Origin: Leucoraja ocellata
Taxonomy: Eukaryota
DNA: 64,000 nt
Direction: 5' to 3'
NCBI GenBank assembly: GCA_036785375.1
Contig: JAWMAR010000594.1
Location: 744,001-808,000, forward strand
Shown here: piece after piece, positions 1-13,900 of the stretch
Numbering within the stretch: position 1 is the stretch's first letter
How the letters are laid out: each line of letters starts with the position of its first letter
The notes under the pieces: generated by a model
What the model was told of the DNA's origin: nothing
Seen by the model: the letters and a program-made list of their open reading frames with translations, nothing else
Databases searched by the model: none
Made by a program: the position numbers and the translations under genes

Positions 1-499
1 TGGCACTGGGAGAGCTGAAGGAAATGTTTTGTTTCTGTGGTCCCAGACACCATACCCCTATCTGTGTCGGTTGAAAGTCCTGCCAACTATTGTAGAGGGA
101 GCAAATGTTAAGGAAAAAGCAAGACATCTGCAGACATATGAGGTGATCTTATACACTTACAACACTTGAAAGGCATTTAGATGGGTACATGGACAGGAAG
201 GATTTGGTGGGATATGGGGCAAACACAAATAGTTGGGACTAGCTCTCGGAAACAACTTGATTTGCATGGACAAGTTGTGCTGCAGGGCCTGTTTCCGTGC
301 TGTATAACTTTATCATGACAGCAGAAGCACCAGAGGTGGAGAAACCGAAGGAATAGGATGCTTTCAGAAAGCACTGTGGGAGGAGATGCCTTCCAAGATA
401 GCTCCTCAAGTCTGTGGGTTTGATATAGTGTTATGTTGATCAATAGTTGGGAGCTCAACCAGTGATGAGACATAGTTTACACAGACTGAATAACCATTT

Positions 500-925
500 T
501 TATTAAAATATATGAGACTCCTCCTTGCAGGCAAATCAGACCACTTCCAAAAGACGTGGTCTGCATGTCGACTTACTACAAGTATAAGGTGCAACAGTAC
601 TTTAAAAAATAAATGGTGTCAAGATCTGGTATGGGGGAATGAAAAATACGAAGTTGGTATATCCCTTTTTGCGCGGTTTTCATAATAGAGCTTGTGTTTC
701 TTTTTCTTTCTTTTCTATGGCCTATTTCTTAACTTTTCCCCCTAACTCTTTGTTTAATGGGTTTTTCTTTTGATCACTTTCACACTAACACGACTCTCTC
801 TCACTTTCTTTATTTCTATCTTTCCTTAAAGCTTAAAAAAATGAAGGGGTATAATAAATGTAAAAGATATATGTGGCTTGTACTACTGTAACTTACTGTA
901 CATCTAATAAATAAAAAATAAAAAT
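500..925 (+). mobile_element. L1-clade LINE 3' end remnant (ORF2 C-terminus, T-rich 3'UTR, AATAAA + A-rich tail)
   Basis: Encodes ...LLAGKSDHFQKTWS, resembling the end of L1 ORF2; followed by a pyrimidine-rich UTR and aataaataaaaaaataaaa at ~905-925. Boundaries approximate. Confidence 0.45.
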
Positions 926-1289
926 ATATAATTCGGCAGAAAGTTGGCAGATATACTCTGGTCAACCAGTTATTAAACAGTTAAGAGGGGAACCTGGATT
1001 TCTGAGCACAGGATGAAGTGCATCCTCCCACTCCTGCTAACTGCTGGCCGAAAGTTACCTCTGCTGATCTGCACATGTAGTCTAATAAAGTGTTCTAAAC
1101 CTAAAATATTTACTGTTTCCCTCTCCACAGCTTCTGCCTGGCCTGCTGACTGTTTCTAGCATTTTCTGTTTATATTTTCAGATTTTTAGCATCTGCAGTT
1201 TAAAAAATATTTTTCCACGTGGTGTTTGGCAGTTTAGAGCAGACTTCCTTACATTTCCTACCATTTTACTGGAGTGAGGAGAGTAGCGG

Positions 1290-1760
1290 CACATGGAGTT
1301 TAATCCAGACCAGTGTGAGGTCATACATTTTTGGCTAATAATACTGTGTGGACAGGTACAGTAATTGGCAGGGACCTCAGAAGTTTATATGTAGAGAGGG
1401 ACCTTTGGGCACAAGTTTATAGCACCATGAAAATGGCAGCACAGGTACATAAGCTTACATTTCTTCATAGGTAAGTGTATTGAAAATAAGAATGAGGCAA
1501 CATGTTGCAGCTGTAGAAGACATTGGTTATACCACACTTGAATATTGTGTGCAGTTCTGGACACCACACGATAGAAAAGATGTGGTAACACAGAGATGGT
1601 GTAGAAGAGAATCATCAGGATATTGCCAGGAATGGAGAGTTGTGGTTACCAGGAGAGATTGGATAGGCTGAGTTTATTCTTACTGAAGTGCAAGGGGCTG
1701 AGGGGTGACCTGATAGAAGTTTATAAAATTATGAAAGGCATAGATCGGATAGAGTCGTTT
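1290..1760 (+). mobile_element. Degraded CR1 LINE 3' ORF2 fragment
   Basis: LEYCVQFW(T/S)P and RGDLIEVYKIMKG motifs typical of the CR1 RT C-terminal region. Confidence 0.75.
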
Positions 1761-2730
1761 TCCAGGAGTGATATGTGAGAGAAATGGGGGTTGTAAAAAA
1801 AGGTTTGTTCATTCAAGTTGTGTGTGAACAATGCACACAGGATCAAATCTGTCCTGCACTGATGTCACACTTATTTACACAAAATGCATTAATAAAGATA
1901 GAAGCAGAAGACAGCCAGCCCCTCAAGGATATGTCATAACTCATCTTAGATTACGAGTGATATACTTCTTAGCTCCATTCAGCAACCTTGCTTACACAAA
2001 TTGGAATACAGTTAATAACATAACCAAATCAATCAAGTTTTATGATTTTTTTCAGTACCATTTCTTTCTCTGCCTGTGCTATGGGGTGAATGGAAGCCAG
2101 AGTTAAAGGGACAATATTTATCTGGAAGGATGGCACTCAGTTTTGTCAAAATGTTGCATTGTATTGCCAATAGAAAACATGTGATGAGACAGAGACCAAG
2201 TAGGAACTGGTCAGAAAAACTAGAAGGGAAGCTGCTGCCAAACACAGATTTTGTTTATACTTAAGCAAATTGATTTTTTTGTTATCTGGGTCAAAACATG
2301 TTCCATCCAAGAAAGGACTTGGACCAAGAATCTGTGACTTTAGAGGCTAACATATTACCATTGTGTGTGTTGCGTGCGTGTTAGTCTGTGTGCAATCACT
2401 TTCCTCTGTTTTATTTTTGGCTCCTGAGGAATCTGACTCACACTTCCACCTAAGTGTGAATGAATGAACGTTAATTAAGTAGCGAGGTGTTCTTATTTGG
2501 GTGAGAGGTGGTGATAATGGAATAAGGATTGCTTAACTCACAACACTTCCTGAGGGACCAAACCAGAAACCTCCCACTTCCTCAAAGGAGAAGCCAGTGT
2601 ACTATCTTTAGGGGCACAGTGACCATGCAATGGTAACAACATCTTTGGTGCATTTGGACCTTATAGGAGCATGCTCCTTATTTCTACTCAGCTTTCTTTT
2701 TTCTGAAGAAGGGTCTCAACCCGAAACGAG

Positions 2731-3330
2731 CATGGGCGGAAATCGCTTTTAAAATATTGGGGGGCGGGGGAACAATGATGCCTGATATCTGGGACAGGGG
2801 TCGGCAACCTACGGCCCACGGGCCGGATCCGGCCTGTAACCCGAAACCATCCGGACAGGAGGCAGTTTTTTTTCAATTCGTTTTCACGACCTGGGAACTG
2901 CAGCCAGACCTGGGGCAAGCGAGCCGACCTGGGCGCGACAGCAAGACCTGCCAGCTGACCTGGGCGCTACAGCCAGTCTCGGGGCAGGTGAGCCGACCTG
3001 GGAACTGCAGGCGCTTTGGGCCACCATGTCCTCGCCGACCAGCAATCACCCCGTACACTAGCACCATCCGACACACTAGGGCCAATTTACAAATTACCGA
3101 AACACTTAACCTACAACATTCATGTCTTTGGAGTGGGGCAGACGAGCTGACCTGGGCACTACAGCCAGTCCCAGGGCACGCAGGCGACCTGCGCGCTACA
3201 GCCAGACCTGGGGCAAGCGAGCCGACCTGGGACTGGTTGTAGCGCCCAGGTCACAAAACATGGGGGGAGGGGGGAATGTCCCCCACCTCTCAAAACATGG
3301 GAGGGGACAGCCCCCCCGTCTCCCCCAGGA
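2731..3330. mobile_element. Non-autonomous DNA-transposon-like element (hAT-like end) with internal GC-rich repeats
   Basis: CAGGGGTCGGCAAC hAT/Charlie-like terminus at ~2795; recurrent gagccgacctggg / ctacagccag units at 2890-3235. Confidence 0.4.
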
Positions 3331-3859
3331 TGCTGCATGTTCTGCTGAGTTACTCCTGCACTTTCTTTTCCTCAGTGCAGCTATCAATATCAAAGAATCA
3401 ACCACAATTGGTAGTTGTGAGTTCGTTTGATTTTCTGATGCCATCTACTCAATTACATATATCATAGCTTATTGGAAATGTCACTGCTAATCATGGAAGG
3501 AAGGGTTTACAAAGGTACCCTTAAGCATTTGCTTTGACAATGGAGTATTAGATCATAGATATCTGTAATCGTAGCGTCCTCAGCCTGTAAAACTACATTT
3601 GGGCTTGGATAGATTCACGAGATGTAAGCTTGACCTGGTTATACTCCTTTATCCCCTCTGCCAATGTGGGGAGGGGTGAGGGAGGGCAATGTGGCACATT
3701 GGTTCCTTGGTCACAAATTCTCAATCTAAATTATAGTTCCTGATATTTGACATCCATAACCAGATGAGCAGAGTTTGGAGAGGGTCTCACTCTCTGACAT
3801 GGGAATTCCGTATTGTCCTTAACGTCAATGTTTACTAATGAACCAGTTGTCATTGTGGA

Positions 3860-4170
3860 TGCTCAGGTTCCTATTAAACCTTTCCCCTTAAAACTATGCC
3901 CTTTAGTTCTTAATTCCTCAACTCAGGGTAAAAGACTTTGTGCATTCACCCTATCTATTCCCCTCACTCCTCATCCTCCTGCAATCCAAGGTATAAAGCC
4001 TTAGCCTGTCCAATCTCTCCCTATAATTCAGTTCGAGTCCTGGCAACATTCTCGTAAATCTTCTCTGTACACTTGCTAGCTTAATGGCAGCTTTCCTGCA
4101 GCAGGGTGACCAAGACTAAACACAATACTCCAAGTTCAGCCTCATCAAAGTCTTGGACAGCTGGAATGTA
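3860..4170 (-). mobile_element. Degraded CR1 3' fragment
   Basis: Reverse-complement similarity to the CR1 copy at 37951-38600 (e.g. cacaatactcc, tcctggcaacat..cgtaaatcttctctg). Confidence 0.6.
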
Positions 4171-6120
4171 ACTGAAACATGTGTTAAGGATGTGGCAACG
4201 TGCAGAGCTCCAACTATTATATTTAATGCACAATCCTCCTCAACACACTTATTAAAAAATAAATCAACTCACTGGCAGTGGTTTATTTTAACAGTATTGT
4301 TCATGCAGAGTAATTCTTACTAAAAGCTCCTAATAATGTGGTTCATTGTAATATGTCACTTTCATTAGTACTGGAATCACAATCGCTGGAAGCACTTCGC
4401 AGGAAGTGTAATTCAACACAGGTGGCTGTTGACAACCGTAACAATGCTGCTCAATGCTTAACAAGTCTGAAGAAGAGTCCCAATCCACAATGTCCTCTAT
4501 TCATGTTCTCCAGAGAAGCTGCCTGACTTGCTGACTGACTCCAGCAGTTTGTGTCTATATTTGTAAACCAGCATCTGCAGTTCCTTGTTTCTCCTCCAAA
4601 CAAGGCTTTACCGTGTAAATCTGGGATTTCACTGTAGTGATAGTTCCTGTAAAATCTAGCTCAGCATTTCCCTTATAAGCTACATTCAGATGTTTTCCCA
4701 CAGGTAGACCCTCAGGATTGAGGATTGGGCAGGAGATTCCTGATGGGGCAGGCGGTTGGTGCACTCTTACTCTTGCTTACACTGGGCTTCTTTGTGCTCC
4801 CAATGTATGGATAAGCTTCTCAGTGCCATCTCAAGTACAGTGCACTCGCCCATTACAGCACTTTGGAAAGTGGAAATTCACTCCAATTGAATTCCAAATC
4901 AGTATGAAAAAAAAATCTGAGAAAAAAATGAAAATGCTCAGTGGGTCAGGCAGCATCTATGGAGGGAAATGAACAGTTGATGTTTCAGGTCAGGGCCCTT
5001 CACACTGCAGGCAAGAGGGGTGCCTTTGTAGCCTGGTAACTGACCTTTACTGTACTGAGAGGTCATATATACCCTTTGACCATGACCCCAGGTTACCCTC
5101 CCAAACCCTCCATAAGCAGCCTGAGGAAGGGTCTGAACGCTTGATAAAAGTTTTGAACCCGACGCCATTAGTCCATTTCCCTCCACAAATGATGTCTGCC
5201 TCGCTGAGTTGCTCCAGTAAATTGTTTCTTGCTCCAGATTCCAGCGTCTCTTGTGTCACCAAAAAATTGAGGCACCAAAAAAAATTCTGCTCTTATGGAA
5301 TTAATGTGAAAAAAACACTAAATAAACACAAAATGCAAATGGAACAACAAATGTTGTGAACTTTTATCAAGGTTTTTCCTTATGGAATATGCAATATGAA
5401 GGGTTTTTCCATAAATGCACCCCTCTGTAATACTTGGGTGCACTGCACTCCTCCAGTTTGAGTGGTCATGGGCCAAAGGTTCTCGCCAATGGGTTAGGAT
5501 GTTGCTGTTTTCTTCCAGAGCTGGAGGTAAGTGGCTGTTTCAGGCACACTATAAATTCAACCTGAAACAGACACGATAAACCTTAACTTATTTGGATCAA
5601 ATCCTGGTGCCTGTGTTTTTTTTCCCCTTGGGATTCTGTAATCCACACAGTTGCAGAACACAAGCTTGAAGTGGTGATCTCACCCTGCCCACAATTCATT
5701 GCTCAGAGGAATGAGACTGGCTCAGTCGGAAGGAATGTGGCTGATAATAGGTAGGAGGAAGGCTTGTTCTCTTTCATTGCAGTCCTCAGGTCAGGGTAAC
5801 TGGCAATAGCGAGTTCACGCACAAACTGTGCTAATCATATCTCTCAGCAAAGTGCCTCGCATACATCGAGTTACTTGGAAATGCAGTCACTGCTAATATT
5901 GGTGAGTTTACATTCACAGTAAGTTAATAAAGTGTAATAATTGAATTAAAAATACACATACAAAAATATTCCTTGTTTCCTCGCTGTGATATAATGCAAG
6001 GGACTCTCAGTCCTGTAATCACCCAACTTCATAATTTGCTTCAGACTGACAGCAAGACTACTTAAAAGAAATAGCACTTATAGAAGAAATAACACATGAA
6101 CAGAGTTCATAGCTCTGTGC

Positions 6121-7075
6121 AGTCGAGGAGGAGCCATCTTGGGGAGCGGCTGCGAACCAGCAGCCGTCCGTTTACTTCTCTTTTTAAAAAAGTTTTTAGT
6201 AAGTCCTGTGTTTCGTCGGTTGGAGAAATGGACTTTTTAATGTCGGGGGCAATTTTACTTTTAGGTCCCTACCTGGTCGGTGAGGCAGCTTTTTCTCCGG
6301 GCTGCCCGTCGACCCGTCCTCGTGGCCTACCAGCGGGCTTGGAGCACCGTTTCCTGGCGGGGACAGCCCAGCACCTCGGCCTCGGTGGTGGCGCTGCGCT
6401 GGGGCGCTGTCGCGGAGCGGGCGATGCCATTGCCTGGGTCGCCATGCTGGATCGACGCGCTGGAGCTCCGGTGAGCTGTGTCCGCCGTGTTCGACACCTC
6501 CGGGCTGCGGGTCGGCGCCGATTTCAACATCGGGAGCCTGGGAGCTCCAGGCCGGCGCGGCCTTGTCGGCTTCGGAAGCCGTGGTCTCCAGCTAGGAAGC
6601 GGCCGTTCCAGGTGGCCCAGCCGCTGAGAGGACTCTCCCAACGCCGGGGCAAGATCACCCGGTGAGAACGACCAGGAACATCGGGCCTCCATAGAGGCAA
6701 TAGTGGAGGCCTCAATAGGCCTGACTTTGGGTGAACTTGGGGTTGGGGACTGGACATTGTGCCTTCCCCCACAGTGGTATCCATTGTGGGGGGATGATTT
6801 TTTTTTGTCTGTAAGTAATCCTGTTAGTCTTTGTCCAAGATGGCTGTCGGAAGGGAGAGTGGACGCTGGCGCGCTTTAGCTGCCGCTGCTCTTTTCACAT
6901 TGTGTTTTTGATTTTTTTGTTTTTGGACTGAATTCTGTTTTTAATTTGTGTTTCTGTGATGTCTTTATTATTTATTTTATTCTGATTATGTTTTTTATTC
7001 CTGTTAATCTCTCTAAGGTGTCCTTGAGATTTCTGAAAGGCACCCAAAAAAAATAAAATGTATTATTATTATTAT
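6121..7075 (+). mobile_element. GC-rich non-autonomous retroposon (SINE-like) with L2-type 3' tail
   Basis: CpG-rich body; ends taaggtgtccttgag...aaataaaatg(TAT)n, an L2-like terminus. Its ORFs are spurious. Confidence 0.55.
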
Positions 7076-7214
7076 AGCTAAATATAATAGGAAGGATCTG
7101 CAGATGCTGGTTGATAGATAGAGTGCTGCAGTGACTCAACAGGTCAGGCAGCATCTCTGGAGATAATGGATAGGTGATGATTCAGGTTTGGATGCTTCTT
7201 CAGACTCTTCATCA

Positions 7215-7460
7215 ACTAAACCTCAGTGTAGATTGAGGAGATTATTGTACAACTGTAGAAGTTCAAGAGAGTATTGGTCAACATAACAAATCTCAATCTT
7301 CTAAGGAAATAAAGGCGTAGATGGGCTTTCTTTATGATTGTATTAGACAGATCTTCAGAGATATGCAGAGCCAGAAACTTGAAGTAGTTGACTCTCTCCA
7401 CCGCCGATCCGTCGTTGAAGACAAGTTTGTGGATACTTGGCCTCCCTTTCGATAATCGAA
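7215..7460 (-). mobile_element. Rex1/Babar-like LINE 3' fragment
   Basis: VERVNYFKFL..HISEDL..IIKKAHLRLYFLRRL motif in ORF 7216..7509. Confidence 0.7.
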
Positions 7461-7699
7461 CGCTGATATACATGCACGCACATTCAAACAAATGCTGATA
7501 TTCATACACATATCACAAACACTGATATGTATACACACACATGCACACAAACATCTGCACAAATAGGTTAACCCTGAACACTTACAGACTTAACGTATCT
7601 GAACACATATTCAAAGTCACTGATGTGCAATCTCAGGAACTGATATATAAATACGCAGACATGCATGAAAATATATGCACACATATAAACAAACATATA

Positions 7700-7910
7700 C
7701 ACATGTGTAGGAAGGAAATGCGGATGTTGGTTTACACTGAAGATAGACGAAAAATGCTGGAATAACTCAGCGGGTCAGGCAGCATCTCTGGAGAAAAGGA
7801 ATAGGTGATGTTTCGTTTCTTCTAAAAGGTCTCACCCAAAACGTCACCTATTCCTCATCTCCACAGATGCTGGCGGACCTGCTGAGTTACTCCAACATTT
7901 TGTGTCTTAT
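7700..7910. repeat. Palindromic Penelope-derived short repeat (similar copies at ~4460-4590, 4930-5250, 7090-7205, 19890-19977, 35675-35800, 37660-37850)
   Basis: Inverted arms tgctggaataactcagcgggtc...gacctgctgagttactccaaca; family carries a ctgaagaagggtc..cccgaaacgtc motif. Confidence 0.55.
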
Positions 7911-8289
7911 CAAATGAATGTGTATGTAGATGCACAGATACCTATAAGCCCACAAATACACACACTGACATGTACAGATAGATACCACCATATAGAAGGG
8001 AATAATAACATGCAGAGAAGGAGATCATGTCGAGGTACTCACCTTCAGACAATCCAGAGCCTTTCCATCATCACTGTAATGCAAGTCAGGAGCGGCACTG
8101 CAGGCCTCCACTGCAAGTCATCACAGTCAGGCCAAGCAGGCTCATGATTGGCACCTCATTCACCACCTTAGCTATTCATTCACCATCATTGCACGGTGGC
8201 TGCAATGTTTACCATCTATGAAACATACTACAATTACGATCCCTGCAGATCCCAAACTCCTGGCCTCTTCCAACAAGCAGGACAACGGT

Positions 8290-8880
8290 ATGCTTGTAGA
8301 TGGTGTTTGACATGCTCGGCTTTCTTGGTCAGGGCATTAAGTATAAGAGTCAGGATGTTATGATGCAGTTTTACAGGACTTGGTTGGGCTGCATTTGGAG
8401 CTTTGCTTGCTGTTCTTATCGCCCCATTGCTGGAAGAATGTGGATGCTTTTGAAAGGATGTAGAGGAGGTTTACCAAAATGATTCCTGGATTAGTGGGTA
8501 TTAGCTACAGGGAGAGGTTGGACTGACTTAGATTGTTTTCATTGGAACGCCAGAGGTTGAGGAGAGATCTGATAGAAGTATATGAAATGATGTGAGACAT
8601 AGATAGGATAGAAAGTCAAAACTTTTTTCCAGGATGAAAATATCAAATCCTAGAGGGCATGGGTTTAAGGTGAGGGGGCAAAGTTGAAAGGAGATGTGCG
8701 AGGCAGGTTTTTTAGACAGAGGGTGGTGGTGGAGGCAGAAATGATAGTGGTATTGAAGAGACTTTTGGATAAGCACATGGATATGCAGAGAATGGAGGGA
8801 TATAAATATGTGCAGGCAGTTAAGAGTTCGTCTTTGCATCATGTTCAGCACAGTCATTGAGGGCTGAAGGTCTGTTCCAT
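8290..8880 (+). mobile_element. Degraded CR1 3' fragment
   Basis: GIKYKSQDVMMQFY, RRLRRDLIEVY.M motifs and CR1-type 3' end (gggctgaaggtctgttcc). Confidence 0.7.
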
Positions 8881-9363
8881 GTTAACGACAGCACTTTCTT
8901 GGGAACTACTGCTCACAAAGTCCTGCCTCAAGTCACAGAACATTCAGACTTGGAAATATATTAATGTCCCTTTTCACTTTAATTGGGTCTAATCCCTCAA
9001 AATCCCTATCCCATAACACGATGGAAGAAACTCCCCCATGAGTTTGGTATTGGGACAAAACGCTAACTTAACTTTACTCCACTGTGTCAAGGACAAAAAA
9101 TAGAGATACAGTTGGGGATAAATCTGGCTGGTCTGAGGATGGGCCATACTTTGCATTGTTTCCAAACTTCTCCAACACTGAGCCAATTGCTGAAATGGGT
9201 CTTTAATGCTGAACTGCTGACTGTTCTTCATGCAGGGGGAGTCTGCCACCCTCAAATTCCCATCATCAGGAACATTCAAAGGAATTTCATCGTACACGAG
9301 GTGCTTTGGCAGTTCGTGATGAACCATGTGAATGGAAGGTGAGTTGCTTTGTCACGCCTGAAA

Positions 9364-10243
9364 CAAGTAAGTTTTATGTATATAGCACGTTTTAAGTCAA
9401 CTGGCATTGACACCAAAGTGCTTTACATAAATTAAATAATAAGTTCCATTACAAACCATAGAAAAAGGTTAAAAAAAAAGAATAAAATGGACACAACATA
9501 TTATAGAGTTCAACACAAACGTCCCCCCACAGCAGAATCAAAACTTTCGACTGTGGGGAAAGGCACCAGAAAGTTAAGTCCTCTTCCTCTGTGAAACACC
9601 CGAGGTCGGGGCCCATTTGTGGCCGTGCAGCCAGTCCGATGATTTTCAGGGCCCTCTTGCCGTGAAGATGGAACATCGGCGTCAGGTGAAACATTCCTCA
9701 GCGGCTTGGAAAAGTCTGGAGTGGCTGCCTCCTCCCTGGATACCGGGGCACTCGTAGTCCTCAGGCCGCGCTGGCTGGAGCTCCGACCCCGGTAAACTCG
9801 ATCCCTGGCTCTGCGGTGCTCCAAATCCAGCGCCGCCCGCGGCCGGACACCCGCAGCCCCAGCTCCGCGATGTTGGGAGTCGCCGGCCACGGCGCTCCGG
9901 AGCCTACCGCACGGCAACTCGGCAAGGCATCGCCCGCTCCGTGTTGGCATCCCAGCTCTGCGCCACCGCCGCCGAAGCTGTAGTCCCGGCCGGTCCCAAC
10001 AGGAAACGCCGCTCCATTCTCGATGGTAGGCCGCGAGGACGGGGCGAAGAAGCAGCTTGGAGGGATGCTGCCTCTCCGACCAGTAGGTGACTAAGAAATA
10101 AAGTTTCCCCCTTCCCCACCCCCACTTGGAAGACCACCACTAACATTTTTTAACAGGACTTAAAATAAAAAAAGGTGTAGAGACGGACTGCGGGCAGGCT
10201 GCCATACACAGACGGTGCCCACTCCCGCACATCCACCATCTTC
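9364..10243 (-). mobile_element. ~880-bp GC-rich SINE-like retroposon with L2-type tail (same family as 48757-49607)
   Basis: Near-identical reverse complement of 48757-49607; tail gtaaagcactttggtgtcaatg...aaacttactt. Confidence 0.75.
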
Positions 10244-10963
10244 CTTCAAGGTGAAAAATAGGTTAAATAGATATTAGTATTTTTTCCCCACCCATTATTG
10301 GGTGGGGAGAAAATTGGTCAGTGCTGGCTGACTTAACATCCTTATTTGCATTTTACAACAACAGTCTCTAGAGGCATATTTGGTTTAATTATTTTTCTGC
10401 TGTCATTGTGAATTTCATGAAGTAATAGTGACCAAACATTACTAATGATGGAATTAGTGTTTCAAACAGGCTACAATTTACCTCAGCGTTTCACTGGCAT
10501 CTTGCTGCGCTCCACAGTTTAGCACCGGTCTAATTGCTGCCCTTTCCACACTCACCCAAAGACACTAATACTACTCTTCACCACCTCATCCAGAAGGTTG
10601 ATCTTCATCTGTTCAACAAAAGAGGTTCGAAGGCAGCCCAAATTTGCACCACATGGTATCCCATACTAAGAGGGATGTCTCCGGGAAATGACTATGAGCT
10701 GAGGACAGTGCTTGTCCCCAAACAAGTGGCATTAAGCTGAGATAAGAAACAGGATACTCTCTGGCAGCTTGTTCCGGACAACTACCACCCTCTGTGTGGT
10801 AAACATATCCCACAAGCTCCTCTAAATGTTTCCATTCTCTTTTAAAATCTGTGATCTCTAGTGGTAGACTCCCCTGTCCTGGGATAAAGCTTGTACCATC
10901 TACACTATTTATTTTATAAACCTTTATAAGGTCACCCCTCAGTATCTTATGTTTGAGAGAGAA

Positions 10964-13900
10964 TAGTAAGATTAAACGAGAACTTACCAGTTTGAAGTGT
11001 GATCTTTATTTTATGAGGAACGTTGAGGGAATACGTGAAGAACCCCGCTTACGACGCATGCGTGTCATCCTTCAAAGCAGCGGTGTGAGGTCACAGATAC
11101 ACTACAATGACCTAAAATAGTAAGATTATTAAAGAGATACCAGTTTAAGATATGACCATTCGAGGGTGGGAGCGGAGGGCACGTATTCCCTCAACGTTCC
11201 TCCTCATAAAATAAAGATCAAACTTCAAACTGGTAAGTTCTCGTTTAATCTTACTATTTTACTTCGGAGTCACGTGAGTGACTACGTGAAGATTTCAAAG
11301 CTCTCTGACCTCATGCCGTGGAACGAGTCCATGCTTCACAACTGCCTTGGTAGTTTGGGAGAAATTGTTAATGATATTCAAAACATTCATCCCAATTATT
11401 TAACGTAAATGATAAATAATATCTTATTAATTCAAATCATAACCCTTGTATTCTTCAGGGATAAATTATCATACAGAACTTAAAATTTTCCCGAAAACGT
11501 TCCCATACTGCTAACTGGTTTGTTATAAAATTTCTGAAACGTTTTCTCCGACAACCATCCTGCAATCCTGAGGATTTGGTCCATGGATACATCAAGGCGT
11601 TTTGCTGCGGATGTAGCTGCAGCCCTGGTGGAGTGAGATTTATGTATGTTAGTGTCCACTCCCGCCTTTCTTAACCCATATTTCAGCCACCACGAAATGG
11701 TCTGAGTTGACACTCTACGGTACGGTTTCTTATGGCTGATTAAAAAAGCCATTTCCTTGCCTCTGATAGCCTTTGTCCTTTCAATGTATAACAAAACGTG
11801 CTTCACTATACAGAGGCGTTCGTCCTCCGGGTAGGCCATAAATTCTATGACCTGCCCCGCTGATCCTGGTCTATTTTGTTTAATAAGGTCCTGGATCACA
11901 AAAAAAAAAAACTTCCTACCGCCATAGTCAAGCCATCCAGTCTTAATATTTGCAATAACTGGACCCTTTGCGCTGTGACCAGCGCCATCAGCATTACCAT
12001 TTACCTAGTTAGTTTGTCCAGAGTTAATGCTGTAGCCGGCGACCAATTCCTTAGCATGGTCAAAACCACACTTACATCCCAGATTTGGTTGTATCTTGTT
12101 TTGGGTGGCTTAGTGTTAAAAATGCCTCTTAAAAGTTTAACTACCAGAGGATGTGATCCCACAGACTGTCTTTCTGTTCCTTGCCACAAATAACTTGACA
12201 ATGCACTTCTGGCACTATTCACAGTGCTGTAACTAAGTCCTTCATAGTGCAGGCTGGTGAGAAAACTCTAGCACCGCCGGAACATCCTTATTTCTGTGGT
12301 CCAGAAGGTTATTATGGCAGTAATTAGTCCATTTTCTAATATGACCTAAATACTGTTTTTGTGTAGACCTTCTTTGTGCTGCTGTGATCATGTCCACAGT
12401 TCTTTTTGATAGCCCCAAGTCCCGTAGTGGGTCTATTAGAGTCTACAACCCAATAAATCAATATTTTCTATGGCATGGATGGCTATCCTAAGTTACTGGA
12501 TGCACCAGTAACTTAGGACTATGTCTTAAAGTTATACATGGTTCCAGCACCATGTCCTGTATCACGGAGAACCATGGTTGGGTAAGCCAATCAGGTACTA
12601 TGAAAATCCCAGATGCCGAATCCTGTTGAATTTCCCTTAGTACCCGATTGATTAGGCAGAAAAGGAGGAAATGCATAAATGAACCATTTCCCCCAGTGCA
12701 GTGAGAATGCATCTGTAGCTTCTGCCCCAGGATCTGGTTCCCATGATACATACCTCGGTAACTGGTGATTTAACCTGGATGCAAAATCAATATCCGGCCT
12801 TCCATACTTTACTGTGATTTCAGCAAATACCGTTCTATCCAACATCCATTCAGTACTTTCAATAAATTTTTGTGACCTGGTGTCTGCCACTGAATTAGTA
12901 TCCCTGGTAGATACGTAGCCGATAACCAAATATTCCTTTGGACACACCATTGCCAAATTGAGTTTGCCAATTCATCACAAGATGTTGATATATTTCCACC
13001 CATATGATTTATATATGCCACCACCGAGGTATTATCTATCTGCAATCTAACATGCTGCTGTTTCATTCCTGAGCAATAAGATTTTAGCCCATAAAACGCA
13101 CTTAACATTTCTAAGTAATTTATACCCTTAGTGTTAAGTAGGTTAGCTTCTTGTATATTCCATCTTCCCCACAGCTCGAGATGGTATCAGTTGCACCCCA
13201 ACCAATTGCACTGGCATCTGTTTGTAATACCTCAGACGGGTTGTCAATAACTATTGGGTTGGAGCAATACTTAACATTGTGTTCCCACCATTGTAATTCT
13301 TTTATGGCTTCAATTGTTAGCTCCATTGGCCATCAAAAAATGGCCTCTATTAATTTTGAGTGCTCTAATCCTTTTGTAACTATGTGGCTTTTCCTATTAG
13401 TAAAGTCATTAACATATTAAATGTGTTAATGGTGTCATTTTGACTTAATTGGATGGATAATGAATCCCAGCTCTTCAAACAATTGTTTAGTGGCAACCAC
13501 TGCCTGACATGCCAATTCATAAGTTATTCCCACAATAAGTATATCATCCAACTATGCCATTACTCTATGATTTTGTTGTTGCGGCAATGCCAAAGCTGGT
13601 TTAAGAATTTTACCTCTGATGGGTATTGTATAGTAAGCATCTTTAAGATCAATACTTGCCATAAAGTAGCCTGCTGAAACTAACTCTTTAGCAGTGCTAA
13701 AAGTATCCATTTTAAAATGAACATATTGCACAACATTGTTTAGCGTTGATAAATCAATAATAATACGGCAACCCCCATCTTTCTTATTTCTAATAAATAT
13801 GTTTGAGACAAATTCCTGTTGTTCAGGTTTGGTTTGTTCAATTACCCCTTTAGTGAATAATCTTTGTAGTTCTATGTGAGCTTTAGCTTGTTCCAATTTA

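Noticed and set aside
6096-6784. Overlapping 100-190 aa ORFs on both strands (also 9510-10146, 48874-49531, 61980-62517, 22712-23840)
   Set aside because: Stop-poor GC-rich retroposon or MITE bodies; frames are not preserved between the two copies of the same family
7460-7710. CA/TA-rich segment with small ORFs
   Set aside because: Degenerate (CA)n/(TA)n low-complexity sequence
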